DNA of 64,000 nt. Origin: a virus (taxonomy: Duplodnaviria > Heunggongvirae > Uroviricota > Caudoviricetes). The position numbers and the translations under genes are program-made. Shown piece by piece: positions 10,328 to 19,220 of this stretch; within the stretch, counting starts at the first letter, position 1, and each line of letters begins with the position of its first letter. Where the stretch lies: the IMG/VR virus record IMGVR_UViG_3300032782_000004. One strand, 5' to 3'. The notes beneath the pieces are model-generated. The model saw nothing but the letters and a program-made list of their open reading frames with translations. It made no database searches and was not told the origin of the DNA.

Positions 10328-12118
10328 TCAGTTGGAACCGGTGTCGTACAGCACTTCTTCTTTCGGCCCGTCACCGAGGCCGAGGAACGTGCCGTACTGA
10401 TCGCCGTCACCGATGCACCCGCACGCCGGATCGGTGTGCGGTTGCGCTTGTGGGCCGGGACCGGGTCCAGCGGGCGGCCCCGGTTGCCATCCCGGAGCGC
10501 TCGGAGATGCGGGCGACGACGGCGTAGCAGCCGCGCCCGTACCCATCACTTGAGCGGCAGTCGGGTAATTGCTCCCCGGGCCGCCGGTGCCCATGACGTT
10601 TTGCAAGCTGGGGTATTGATCCTGCACCCCGGCCGACGCCCGAAGTGCTTGCGCGGCGTCGGGATACGGCGAATCGCCCGCGAGCGCGAACGGTCCGACA
10701 TCTGCTCCGACACCGAGTTGAGACGCGCCCGAAAGCGCGCCCGAGGTGGCGCTCGCCACGGCGGTCTGATTGGCCGCCATGTTGATGTGCGCCGAGACTT
10801 CCGCCGGATAGAGCCGTGCAATGAAGCTCTTCCGAAGAGAGCCCACCGACGTATCGCTTGGCGCGAGCAACGGCATGATCAGGTTGTTCCAGACCATCTT
10901 GAAGAGCGAGATCCCGGCGCCGAGCGCCGCGCCCTCGAATGCTGCGCGCACCATCGGATGGCGTTTCGCCGCCACCGCGCCCACAATCGGAACCGCGATC
11001 ACGCCGACGGCGGCGCCGACGCGAATGAGGCTCGGCCGCGACGCGACGTTGAGCGTGTTGCCGAGCGTACCGGCGCCGGTGCTCGTGAACTTGGTCACCG
11101 GCTGGGCGGTCGTGCCGGCGGGGTTGTACGTCGCGAGGAAGCGATCGAGCCCATCGGCGAGCACGAAGCCGATGCCGCCGGTGAGCGTCGCGACTGCGAA
11201 TTCGGCGAGGCCGAATCCGCTCCCACCGCGCGGCTCGGACATGCGTCGACGATGGCTTCGACGACGATGGTGACGCGGCGTCTCCATGACGGTCTCACGC
11301 GCGCGCCGTGCGCGACGTCGCCGCACCGGACGCCGGCGATGACGGCGCGCCTCGAGCATCGTCGTTTCGCGGGCACGACGGCTACGACTGCGCTTCCTGC
11401 GCCGTGGGGCGCTGCGCTTCTTCTTTCGCCATCCTTTGCGCGCGGCTTTCGCGTGACCCGCCGGATCTCCACGCCACGCCTGAACGTGGGAACGACGACG
11501 CCGCCGACGAACCGGACGCGGAGCCTCCATGACCATGCTGCGCCGGCGACGCCGACGACGATGCTTTACCGTCTCGGTGGTCCGACGACGACCGCGACGA
11601 GACGTCTTGCGCGGCGCAGTCTTGGTGCGCCGGCGGGCGCGCTTGGTGGAGGTCTTCTTCCTGCGGGTTTTCTTGGCCATGCTTTTGACACCTTCACGCG
11701 CGACTACGGCGCGAATCCCTCGACCAAACGTGACGGTCCTTTCGACCTTGAACCCTTTCGGGTCGAACTGGCGAAGACGGACGTACTGGTCGGTGACGTC
11801 CACTTTCCCGTGCTTGTACCCGTGAGCTTTCGCCCATGCTTTCGCCGTAGCGGGTGTCCATCCCGCGCTCCGGTCGAAGAGCAGCGATTGGACGGACATC
11901 GAGCGGCGATGAGCCTCGTCGACCGGCAGTGATTTCGGGCGCAAACGACCGATCGACGGCGATTTCGGGTGTGAGCCACCGATCGGCGAGAACGGGAGTC
12001 GAGCGCGTTGTCCGCGTCGCCGTTCGCTGAGATCCGCCAACCGATCGTCGTAGAGACCCATGTCACGGTGCCAGAACAGGGTCCCAATACGAATTAGACG
12101 AGTCAATACGCGGCACAA
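10328..12118 (-). CDS. extremely Arg-rich (protamine-like) protein with Gly-rich hydrophobic C-terminal half
   Basis: The central ~200 aa are >40% Arg/Lys (RRRRRRS, RRRKRSRSRRAR), followed by GGIGFVLADGL...VGVIAVPIVGAVAA. True start is uncertain, possibly the MSVQSLL Met near 11899. Confidence 0.4.
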   Translation of the reverse strand: MCRVLTRLIRIGTLFWHRDMGLYDDRLADLSERRRGQRARLPFSPIGGSHPKSPSIGRLRPKSLPVDEAHRRSMSVQSLLFDRSAGWTPATAKAWAKAHGYKHGKVDVTDQYVRLRQFDPKGFKVERTVTFGRGIRAVVAREGVKSMAKKTRRKKTSTKRARRRTKTAPRKTSRRGRRRTTETVKHRRRRRRRSMVMEAPRPVRRRRRRSHVQAWRGDPAGHAKAARKGWRKKKRSAPRRRKRSRSRRARETTMLEARRHRRRPVRRRRARRARETVMETPRHHRRRSHRRRMSEPRGGSGFGLAEFAVATLTGGIGFVLADGLDRFLATYNPAGTTAQPVTKFTSTGAGTLGNTLNVASRPSLIRVGAAVGVIAVPIVGAVAAKRHPMVRAAFEGAALGAGISLFKMVWNNLIMPLLAPSDTSVGSLRKSFIARLYPAEVSAHINMAANQTAVASATSGALSGASQLGVGADVGPFALAGDSPYPDAAQALRASAGVQDQYPSLQNVMGTGGPGSNYPTAAQVMGTGAAATPSSPASPSAPGWQPGPPAGPGPGPQAQPHTDPACGCIGDGDQYGTFLGLGDGPKEEVLYDTGSN

Positions 12119-12321
12119 ATCGCAAGAAATCGTGTGATCGCCGTGCGCCTATTCTGAGCGTCGTCGTACAAATCCGACTTCGAATGTAAACAACAAGAGA
12201 AGCGCGTATTTACACGCACGCGCTCGAGCACGATCGCCAATCGAACAACGTTTCGAAACGATCGCGCTAAAACGGTTGCGGCGTACTACGTTCGTCGCAC
12301 AACCGATTAACTGTTGTCCTA

Positions 12322-13503
12322 CTACTTGATGCTCGGATAAAGCAGATCGAGGAGCGTTGGAGCTCGAGCGAGTCCCGTTTGATCGGGCGCGCCGCTCATT
12401 CCGACGAAATCACCCTCGCCACGCTCTTTCGCTTCTTGTCCCGGCTCTACCCACCATTCGCGCGCGTGCGGCGGGACCCGCCCGATCGGCAGCTTCGTCG
12501 TGCCGTCCATTTTCACCCAGTCGCCGAGCTCGTCTTCGAAGGCGATGAACACGTGCGACGGCACGTCGTAGGGCTCGTGGTGACTGCTGCCGATGATCAT
12601 CGCGGCGATTCCGATCGACATCATCGCTGCGGCAAGTGTGATGGACATATCGTCGCAGTTGGAGACGGTTACGTCATGCTCTGGCAAATAGACGTAGCGA
12701 TCATCGGTCGAAATGTCCCAGCAAGAAACTCGTCCGACAGAACGTTCGATCGCCTTGACGGCGGCAGATGTGCCTAGCTTCTCTCGTTGCCCGATACGCC
12801 ACAGCGGAAACTTCCCCGCGCCGCCGTGCTCCATGCTAGTCGCTATGCGTTTTGGTTGAAGCAGGACATCGCCTTCACGAAGCTCCTCGACGAGAATTCG
12901 ATCGAAACTTTCTAGACGCTTGTACGCGGGTTGACATTGGACTTGATCGCAGCGGCCACCGTGCTTGCACTGGCCCACGTAGACCTTGTGGTTTTTCGTC
13001 AAATAGACGGTCGAACCGGTAGTGAGGTCGATCGCATCTACGTCAAGTTTACCCTTCGCCCATTTTTGCGTGATGGTCGACCATCGGTCTTTACCCCAGA
13101 TGCGTTCGCCTACTTTGATTTTCTCGATCGGAACGAATTCGAAGTCATCTCGAAGTAAAAGCGTCCTTTCCGGAAAACAGTCGCCGCCGATGATGCAAAG
13201 TCCACCCTCGTCGAGGCACAACGTCTGTTCGGGCGTTGCCATGAACTCGCCCATCATCGGATCGGCGATGTACGGCACTTTCTGCCTGAACGCGTCGAGT
13301 ATGGCTTGCGCTTTCTCGCGGTGCCCTTTCCGCGAAGCGCCGGCCTTGTCGAGGACCTGCGTCACCCAAGCACGGAGTCGCGGGCTCATGCGCCCCTTGA
13401 ACGCGCGCTCGGCGACTTCCTTCAAAGACAGCTTCGCGCCTTTGCCTCCAGCCGGATGCGGACGAGTATCGGTGCGTACGTTCTCTACGGGTTTGTCGAT
13501 CAT
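12322..13503 (-). CDS. transglutaminase-like cysteine peptidase interrupted by a mini-intein (Hint domain)
   Basis: ATG at 13501-13503 overlaps (ATGA) the stop of the 13500..14597 gene. After excising residues 103-282 the product reads ...EGGL-CDDMSITLAAAMMSIGI, i.e. a G-x-C-x-D-x-S TGase catalytic motif. Downstream HVFIAFE...GDWVKMD matches the His/Asp motifs. The listed 737-aa ORF upstream of 13503 is an out-of-frame artefact. Confidence 0.55.
   Translation of the reverse strand: MIDKPVENVRTDTRPHPAGGKGAKLSLKEVAERAFKGRMSPRLRAWVTQVLDKAGASRKGHREKAQAILDAFRQKVPYIADPMMGEFMATPEQTLCLDEGGLCIIGGDCFPERTLLLRDDFEFVPIEKIKVGERIWGKDRWSTITQKWAKGKLDVDAIDLTTGSTVYLTKNHKVYVGQCKHGGRCDQVQCQPAYKRLESFDRILVEELREGDVLLQPKRIATSMEHGGAGKFPLWRIGQREKLGTSAAVKAIERSVGRVSCWDISTDDRYVYLPEHDVTVSNCDDMSITLAAAMMSIGIAAMIIGSSHHEPYDVPSHVFIAFEDELGDWVKMDGTTKLPIGRVPPHAREWWVEPGQEAKERGEGDFVGMSGAPDQTGLARAPTLLDLLYPSIK
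12658..13197 (-). other. mini-intein (Hint domain, no endonuclease) inserted at the catalytic Cys of the TGase-like peptidase
   Basis: Begins Cys (CIIGGDCFPERTLL). Contains a TxxH-like block (VYLTKNHKVYV). Ends ...VYLPEHDVTVSN followed by +1 Cys. About 180 aa. Confidence 0.45.
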
Positions 13504-14597
13504 CGTCGTTTTCGTTTTCGCTTGCGTGTAGCGAGATAGACGACGCCGCCGAGTGCGCCGGCTCCAATCAATCCGATGCTCGCCACCGCGGCGGTGCTGA
13601 GTTCCGTTTTTTGCGGCGGCTTCACGGCTACGAGGGGCGGGGGCGCTTGAGGGGGCAGTGCGTTCGGCAGCGTTGACGGTAGCGGCGCATGCGTCGCGCA
13701 CGCGGCGGGCGCGGGCGCTCCGAGCACCTTCGTGAGCGCGGTTGCCGTCGCCTGCTCGTAATTGCCGGTATCGACGGGGACAGCGGGGGTTTGCGACGAA
13801 TTCCACGCCGTCTTGAACGCGTGCACGGTCGTGTTGACGAGTGTTCCTGATTGCGCGACCGATTGGCAGTAGTTCGGATCGGCGCCAATGGCGCTGGCCG
13901 CCGCTTGCGCGGTAGTCGAGATGTTCCACGGGAACGTGTCGGTGCTCGCCGGGAGCGGCTGTTCGCCCGCGTCGCCGTAGAACGCTTGAAGCGCGACGCG
14001 CGCGCTCGCGATCGCGGACGACAGCGAATTTTGCACATCGAGGCGCGCTTGAGTCACCGCCGTCTGATCGCCGGCTGTGATCGCCGCGATCAAATCGGTG
14101 TTGCGCTTGAGAGCCGTTGCGGTGCGATTTTGCACGTCTTCCGCGCTCGCCGTCGCGACGGTGTTGGATCCGCTGGCGGCTTCCTTGACGGAGGCGTCGA
14201 TGGTCGTGACGGTGTCCGGCACCGCCGCCGCAAACGATTGATCGTCCATGGACGAAAGCGTCCCGACCAGCATCGTCGATTGATCGAGCGTCGCGTAGTC
14301 GCCGAGGATCCCCGCTGCCGCGGCGCCGAGCATCGACGGCGTCACGCCGTCGGCGTATGGAAGTGCTACGAAATACGCTTTGGGGCGCATGTCGAGGCTG
14401 CCATCGAACCACTTCGACGGCAGATTCAGCGTCTCGCCGGCGACGAGCGACTTGAAAGAAGCAAAACCGTTCGGATAGACGACCGATCCCTTGTGCGGAT
14501 TCGCGTGCACCAGATCGATGGCGCACTTCGGGCATCCGGCAAATTCGATTGCGATCTTTGCCGGGCTGTCGCCGGGCCGAACGACGTACGATCTCAT
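13500..14597 (-). CDS. LysM-like N-terminal domain protein with C-terminal TM anchor and KRKRKRR tail
   Basis: N-terminus YVVRPGDSPAKIAIEF...DLVHANP...LVAGETLNLP is LysM-like. C-terminus IGLIGAGALGGVVYLATRKRKRKRR. Paralogous architecture to 4693..5832. Confidence 0.5.
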   Translation of the reverse strand: MRSYVVRPGDSPAKIAIEFAGCPKCAIDLVHANPHKGSVVYPNGFASFKSLVAGETLNLPSKWFDGSLDMRPKAYFVALPYADGVTPSMLGAAAAGILGDYATLDQSTMLVGTLSSMDDQSFAAAVPDTVTTIDASVKEAASGSNTVATASAEDVQNRTATALKRNTDLIAAITAGDQTAVTQARLDVQNSLSSAIASARVALQAFYGDAGEQPLPASTDTFPWNISTTAQAAASAIGADPNYCQSVAQSGTLVNTTVHAFKTAWNSSQTPAVPVDTGNYEQATATALTKVLGAPAPAACATHAPLPSTLPNALPPQAPPPLVAVKPPQKTELSTAAVASIGLIGAGALGGVVYLATRKRKRKRR

Positions 14598-14650
14598 CGC
14601 CTCAAAGGCTACGCGCTAGTCCGGAGCTTCGTCCAGAGTCCCACGAAATA

Positions 14651-14842
14651 TCAAGCGATCTCGCGCTGCGGCTGATGCACTATCGGACGTCCGTCGCCGA
14701 ACGCTAAACGGATCCCTTCGCCCTCGACCGCCATTTTCACGAGCGGCGTCTTGAGCAATTCGGCGAGCTTGGCGGCGTACTCGTACGCTTGGCGATCATT
14801 CGCCGCGTCCACTTCGATGCTCATCATGACGCGGTAGCGCAT
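14651..14842 (-). CDS. small hypothetical protein
   Basis: 63-aa ORF between two larger co-directional genes. Confidence 0.3.
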   Translation of the reverse strand: MRYRVMMSIEVDAANDRQAYEYAAKLAELLKTPLVKMAVEGEGIRLAFGDGRPIVHQPQREIA

Positions 14843-14857
14843 GGCGTGCGAGGGCGC

Positions 14858-16675
14858 TTAACCCTGCCCTTCTCTTGGGATCGTCGGCATTCCCCACGGC
14901 TGACGTTGCGGTTGAGGCTGCATCGGTTGAATCGGTGGGGGAACGAACGCGGGCGGTGGCGGAAGCGTACCGTGATGAGGGGATTCGGGGACAGCTATGT
15001 ACCCTGGAGGCGGCTGATAGCCTTCCGTCACCTCGACGTACCCAGGAGGCAACACGGTTCTCGGTGGCGGTTTCGCGTTCTTCTGAATTTTTTCGAACTG
15101 CTCGCCAAGCCAGTTGAGGATCTTGTCACCGTTGGCCACGCCGGTTTCCCAACCGCGTAGCGATCCGTCACCCTTGTTGACGACGATTTTTCGGCCGCCG
15201 ATGTCGATGACCTTTATCGGGCTATCCTCATCGGAAACAGCAGCCGCGGCGGCTTCCACGGCACCGCCGCCGCCCCCACGGTTCGGTAATAGATCACCGA
15301 CGTCGTCGAGCACTTCGGCCGCCGTTTGAACGAGTGTGATCGCCTCGCGAAATTGATCTTTGAGTGATACCGGTTGAGGAGGTGGAGGGGGCGGTGCGTA
15401 ACCGGGCCCGTATCCGCCTTGCGCCCCGTACCCCCCTTGCGGCCCGTATCCGCCTTGCGGGTAACGCAGCGGCGCACGTTGACCCCCCATCATCGCCCTG
15501 CCACCGCCATCTGGACCTCTTGACGGCTCCCCACCGATCGCGCGCATGAGCTGCTCGACGGGGACGAATCCGAACCCCGGTACCCACAGAGTGCCGGGAG
15601 GAGGCTGCATTGGAGGCATACCGAACATGGCCGCCATTGCTGTCATCGGGTTCGGGGTCGCCGCAGGCGCGGTAGTCGCGGCTGAAGTAGCCGCCGGTTG
15701 TTGCGGTTGAGTCATCTCGAGCATTTGCTTGAACCACGTGAGCATCGCTCCCATATCGGGGGCGGCAGACGGGGCTTGCGGCATCGGCGATGCGATCGGC
15801 ATTTGCGCCGTTGCCGGCGCGGTTTGCCGCTGCCACTGCTGAAACATCTCGAACATCTGTCGAAACGATTCCAGTGTCGATTCCATGCCCGGTGCGGGAG
15901 GCGCGTGCACAACGACGGGAGGCGCCTGTGGCACCGACGGTTGTTGCGCTGCGGGCGTGTACGGCGACGGCGACGGCTGCGCGTAACCCTGCGGCGGCGG
16001 ATAACCCGGTTGAGGCGCGTAGCCTTGCTGGGGCGGGTACCCGGGTGGAGGGGCGTATGGATAAGGCTGTCCAGGCGGGCGCGTGTCCGGCATCGTGATG
16101 CGCGCTCCTTTCATTCGCCATTGCCGTGTCGTGACGTCATTGGCCTTGATCTCGTATTCGGCTTCTTCGCTTTGGCCGTGAATGACACGGATGGCTTCAT
16201 AGAGCTCGGTGCCGGATCGCGGTCGACTGGTGATCACGCGAGTCACGGGGCTACCGCCGGTGAGCCTACGCACGTGTACATCGAGCGTGTTTGCAGGCCA
16301 AACCTTGAGGATCCCGTCGTAACGTTCGAGCGGATCGTCCGAATTGAAGGTGACGCCGTCGACGTTGCCGCGTTTCTGATCGACGTACTTCTGCATTCTG
16401 CGATTCTCGCGGATGCTCTCGGCGTCGACGGCGCCGACCTCGCGCACTTTCGCCGGATCGACTTGCGTCTCGCCGTTGTCGTCCGGCGTGGCGCCGATCT
16501 CTTCCAGGATATCGGCTTCGTCCTGCGCGGTAGGCTCCGAGAACCTTCCTACCGGGCCCTGTTCGGGCGATTTTCGTCGACGAGACATCTTGACGAGATT
16601 GCTACGGATTGGCTTGACCATTTGCGGCGGCCGGCGCGGACGTGACGACGACTTGCTCTTCCTCTTCCTCCTCAT
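14858..16675 (-). CDS. Pro/Gln/Gly/Tyr-rich low-complexity protein (possible scaffold/decoration protein)
   Basis: Globular N-terminal ~200 aa, then PGYPPQQGYAPQPGYPPPQGY-type repeats. Start uncertain; an ATG at 16586-16588 would avoid overlap with the upstream gene. Confidence 0.4.
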   Translation of the reverse strand: MRRKRKSKSSSRPRRPPQMVKPIRSNLVKMSRRRKSPEQGPVGRFSEPTAQDEADILEEIGATPDDNGETQVDPAKVREVGAVDAESIRENRRMQKYVDQKRGNVDGVTFNSDDPLERYDGILKVWPANTLDVHVRRLTGGSPVTRVITSRPRSGTELYEAIRVIHGQSEEAEYEIKANDVTTRQWRMKGARITMPDTRPPGQPYPYAPPPGYPPQQGYAPQPGYPPPQGYAQPSPSPYTPAAQQPSVPQAPPVVVHAPPAPGMESTLESFRQMFEMFQQWQRQTAPATAQMPIASPMPQAPSAAPDMGAMLTWFKQMLEMTQPQQPAATSAATTAPAATPNPMTAMAAMFGMPPMQPPPGTLWVPGFGFVPVEQLMRAIGGEPSRGPDGGGRAMMGGQRAPLRYPQGGYGPQGGYGAQGGYGPGYAPPPPPPQPVSLKDQFREAITLVQTAAEVLDDVGDLLPNRGGGGGAVEAAAAAVSDEDSPIKVIDIGGRKIVVNKGDGSLRGWETGVANGDKILNWLGEQFEKIQKNAKPPPRTVLPPGYVEVTEGYQPPPGYIAVPESPHHGTLPPPPAFVPPPIQPMQPQPQRQPWGMPTIPREGQG

Positions 16676-17075
16676 CGTCCGGCAGCCCGTCGCTCGGACT
16701 CGCTTCCGACGTCGAGAGCTCTTGGATGAACACGTCGAGCGGCATCGCCTCCTCCGTGAGACGATAGGTGCCGTTCGGAATGAGATTCCGCATCCCGACT
16801 TTGCCGTCCTTCGACACCGAGTAGACCTCGATCCCCTCGTCGATGACGAACATCCGAACCACGTCCATTTGAGGGACGAGCGGATGCGGTTGGCTGACGG
16901 CCCACACGACGGGCTCTTCCACCGGTGTCTCGATTTGCACCTGGAACGCGCCTTTGCAGTGCGGGCAGTTCACGTCTTGCACGCGCTGGCGCGTTTCCGG
17001 CAAAAGCGTGTTCGAAATAGTGCGCGTCAGCATCGGGTATCCGGGCTGCGGCAACGCGACAGTCTTCGTGGTCAT
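16602..17075 (-). CDS. hypothetical protein with CxxC pair and acidic C-terminus
   Basis: Internal start MTTKTV. Contains CPHCKG. Poly-Glu stretch DDEEEEEEQ near the C-terminus. Confidence 0.35.
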   Translation of the reverse strand: MTTKTVALPQPGYPMLTRTISNTLLPETRQRVQDVNCPHCKGAFQVQIETPVEEPVVWAVSQPHPLVPQMDVVRMFVIDEGIEVYSVSKDGKVGMRNLIPNGTYRLTEEAMPLDVFIQELSTSEASPSDGLPDDEEEEEEQVVVTSAPAAANGQANP

Positions 17076-17637
17076 ATCGTTTTGGACTCCGCGAACGAGT
17101 AGTAGCTGCGCCTCTTCTTGTCGCCGCCGACAATCACGTGATCGAGCAGCGGTAACCCGATGGTTTCGCATGCGTCGGCAAACGCTTCGGTCGTCTCCAT
17201 GTCGGCGTCGCTCGGCTCGGCCTCGATGCCGGACGGGTGCACATGGAAAATGATCACCGCATGGGCGCCATCCGCGATTGCGGCTTGCAACGTCGGCTGA
17301 AGCGGCGCCATCACGCTGGAAGGCTCTCCTCGGCCCGTCTCGGCGAGACCTTTCATGCGCAAGTGGATGTCGAGCGTCATGATTCCGAAGACCTCGTTCA
17401 GCTCATCGCCGATAGCATCGCTGATCAACGAGAACGCCTTCTTCGGCGTGTTGATCGGTCCGAGCTTGTCCGCGAGCGCGTTGCACGCGGCAAACTTGTC
17501 CGCATCCTTTTCGATCTTGATGAAAGGGCGACACTTCGCGCCGCGCCCGTCGGAGAGAACGATCGGCTCTGACTCACGCGGCCGTCGGGGACGTTCTGTC
17601 AATCGCCGAGGTTGTTCTGCGGCGCGCGGCCCCATTC
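17072..17637 (-). CDS. RadC-like JAB/MPN domain protein
   Basis: C-terminal HVHPSGIEAEPSDADMETT matches the RadC/JAB signature H-x-H-P-S-G-x3-P-S-x2-D-x3-T. Start inferred at MGPRAAE; the upstream part of the listed ORF is Arg-rich junk. Confidence 0.6.
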
Positions 17638-17700
17638 GCCCGCGTCCGGGGATCTCGAGCGCGCCGTGCGCTCGAGCTTCGCGGCAACCACAGGAGCTTT

Positions 17701-18027
17701 TCACGCGGCGCGTCCTCCCACGTCGATGGCCTTCCCGTTGATATCGACGAACTCGCTGAGCGGAATTTCGTGTACGCGGCAGACGATATCGTCGATCGAC
17801 AAGACGACGCGATGGAACGAACCGCCTTTCAAATAGACGTTGTCCACCCGACGCGGCAAGACGAGATCTCCGATCTTGTACCCTGCGGTCGCGGCGTCCG
17901 CGCCGACTTCCTCGAGGAGCACGAACTTCGAGACGCCCTTCGTCGGATCGGCTGCGACGATGTGCTCGGACACCCGAGTGATCAGCAGTCGTCCGAACAC
18001 CTGTTTGCCTATCGGCTCGAATCTCAT
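17701..18027 (-). CDS. GroES-like co-chaperonin (Cpn10 fold)
   Basis: 108 aa. MRFEPIGKQVFGRLL...VLLEEVGADA...YKIGDLVLPRR...VVLSIDDIVCRV follows the Cpn10 pattern (I-P-L-x-D-R-V ... G-D-x-V ... D-I-x-A). Confidence 0.5.
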   Translation of the reverse strand: MRFEPIGKQVFGRLLITRVSEHIVAADPTKGVSKFVLLEEVGADAATAGYKIGDLVLPRRVDNVYLKGGSFHRVVLSIDDIVCRVHEIPLSEFVDINGKAIDVGGRAA

Positions 18028-18509
18028 GGATCGGTCTCCTTGACGGCGGGAAGCACGGGCACGGCCGCCGGCGAAAGTTCCTTGTTGTTTTCCGGAGGTT
18101 GTGTGCGGATCCCCGCCGCGCGGAGCGCCTCGAGTTCCGTTTGGGCCGCAACGAGCGCGGCGAGCACTTCACTGAAATGTTCGCGGCTCGGCGCGAAGTA
18201 GGGCTCGTTCGCAATCTTCTTGGCGTCGACCGGCGCGAACATGCGGGAGGCGTTCAAAATGACGAGCGCGCTCAATCGCTGCTCGCGATCGGGGCACTCG
18301 GGCAGACAAGGTTCTGTTTCGACGTGTACGCCGGGACACCCCTCGGCATGATGACACCTATCGACGAGCTCGACGGCCGCTCGGGTCGCGATCTCCCACG
18401 CCCATTGACTCCGCCAAATCGCGAGTTTCATCGCGTTCCAGTGCCGAACGGGGACAGCGACCCGCTGATCGGCAGGGGTCTCGAAGCCCATCATTCTGCG
18501 AGGATCCAT
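18024..18509 (-). CDS. hypothetical protein
   Basis: 161-aa ORF, 4-nt overlap with the GroES-like gene. Confidence 0.35.
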   Translation of the reverse strand: MDPRRMMGFETPADQRVAVPVRHWNAMKLAIWRSQWAWEIATRAAVELVDRCHHAEGCPGVHVETEPCLPECPDREQRLSALVILNASRMFAPVDAKKIANEPYFAPSREHFSEVLAALVAAQTELEALRAAGIRTQPPENNKELSPAAVPVLPAVKETDP

Positions 18510-18707
18510 TTAAATTGTCGCTCCGTCCGGTTCGCGGATGCGAAGGTAACCATCACTCGACGGCCGGCTAGCGGCCTGAAGGAGAATCGACCGCATCCAC
18601 GCGCTTGTGCTGATTTTGCAGCGCTCGGCGCGCTGTTCAATCAAGCGATATTGATCGGGAGTCAGCTTGAGGCTGGCGTTCTTCGACTTGGTCGGTGCGC
18701 GCCTCAT
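18510..18707 (-). CDS. ribbon-helix-helix (MobC/CopG-like) DNA-binding protein
   Basis: 65 aa. LKLTPDQYRLIEQRAERCKISTSAWMRSILLQAA has the RHH pattern. First gene of the leftward operon. Confidence 0.45.
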   Translation of the reverse strand: MRRAPTKSKNASLKLTPDQYRLIEQRAERCKISTSAWMRSILLQAASRPSSDGYLRIREPDGATI

Positions 18708-18800
18708 TGTTCTACCGTTGTTTGCCTTTCGTAGCCCCCCTGTAATACTGCGTCACGTTCGCTAGACGTGTCAAGTTACGCCACGTAGACTCACACGGGA
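18708..18800. promoter_or_regulatory. divergent intergenic region (probable promoters for leftward and rightward operons)
   Basis: Strand switch between the minus-strand gene ending at 18707 and the plus-strand gene starting at 18801. Contains tgtcaag...tagact elements. Confidence 0.25.
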
Positions 18801-19220
18801 ATGGCGCAATTCGGCGTCGGACCCGAACTCGCGGCGCAGTGCCCGCTCGCGCCGGCCCCCGACGGTTGGCGTCCGTGGACTGATGCGGACGGCCCCGTAC
18901 CCGATGCGCTATCGCAACACGCTCAAGCGCTGGCCGCGGATCAATCCGTCGCGCTCGGTGCGACTGAAAGCTATCCGCTCCCCGGCATCACGACGCTGAT
19001 CCGTATCGAGCCGCGCGTTTGGGGCCGCGACGCGCAAGGCACGCTCGTCGAAGGATGCTTTCGAACAGGCGGCATTTATCTTCCGGCCGAAAGCACGTCT
19101 GCCGCCGCCGTCGCGCCGTCAAGCACCGACGAACTCACGAAAACGGTTGGGATTTTGACCGCAGTGAGCTTGGCGGTCGGAACCGCCGCTACACTGGCGG
19201 CATGGGCTGGCAAGAAATGA
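18801..19220 (+). CDS. hypothetical protein with C-terminal TM segment
   Basis: 139 aa. C-terminus VGILTAVSLAVGTAATLAAWAGKK. Confidence 0.35.
   Translation: MAQFGVGPELAAQCPLAPAPDGWRPWTDADGPVPDALSQHAQALAADQSVALGATESYPLPGITTLIRIEPRVWGRDAQGTLVEGCFRTGGIYLPAESTSAAAVAPSSTDELTKTVGILTAVSLAVGTAATLAAWAGKK

Noticed and set aside
9269-11932. 887-aa plus-strand ORF and other Arg-rich ORFs antisense to the capsid and Arg-rich genes
   Set aside because: Extreme Arg/His composition, typical of antisense reading of GC-rich coding DNA. The sense-strand genes have domain features.
12322-14535. 737-aa ORF as a single gene
   Set aside because: The N-terminal 345 aa overlap the LysM gene out of frame and are Arg-rich junk. 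The true start is the ATG at 13503.
17072-18214. 380-aa ORF as full-length RadC
   Set aside because: The N-terminal 190 aa are Arg-rich low-complexity junk; the JAB domain begins near 17637.
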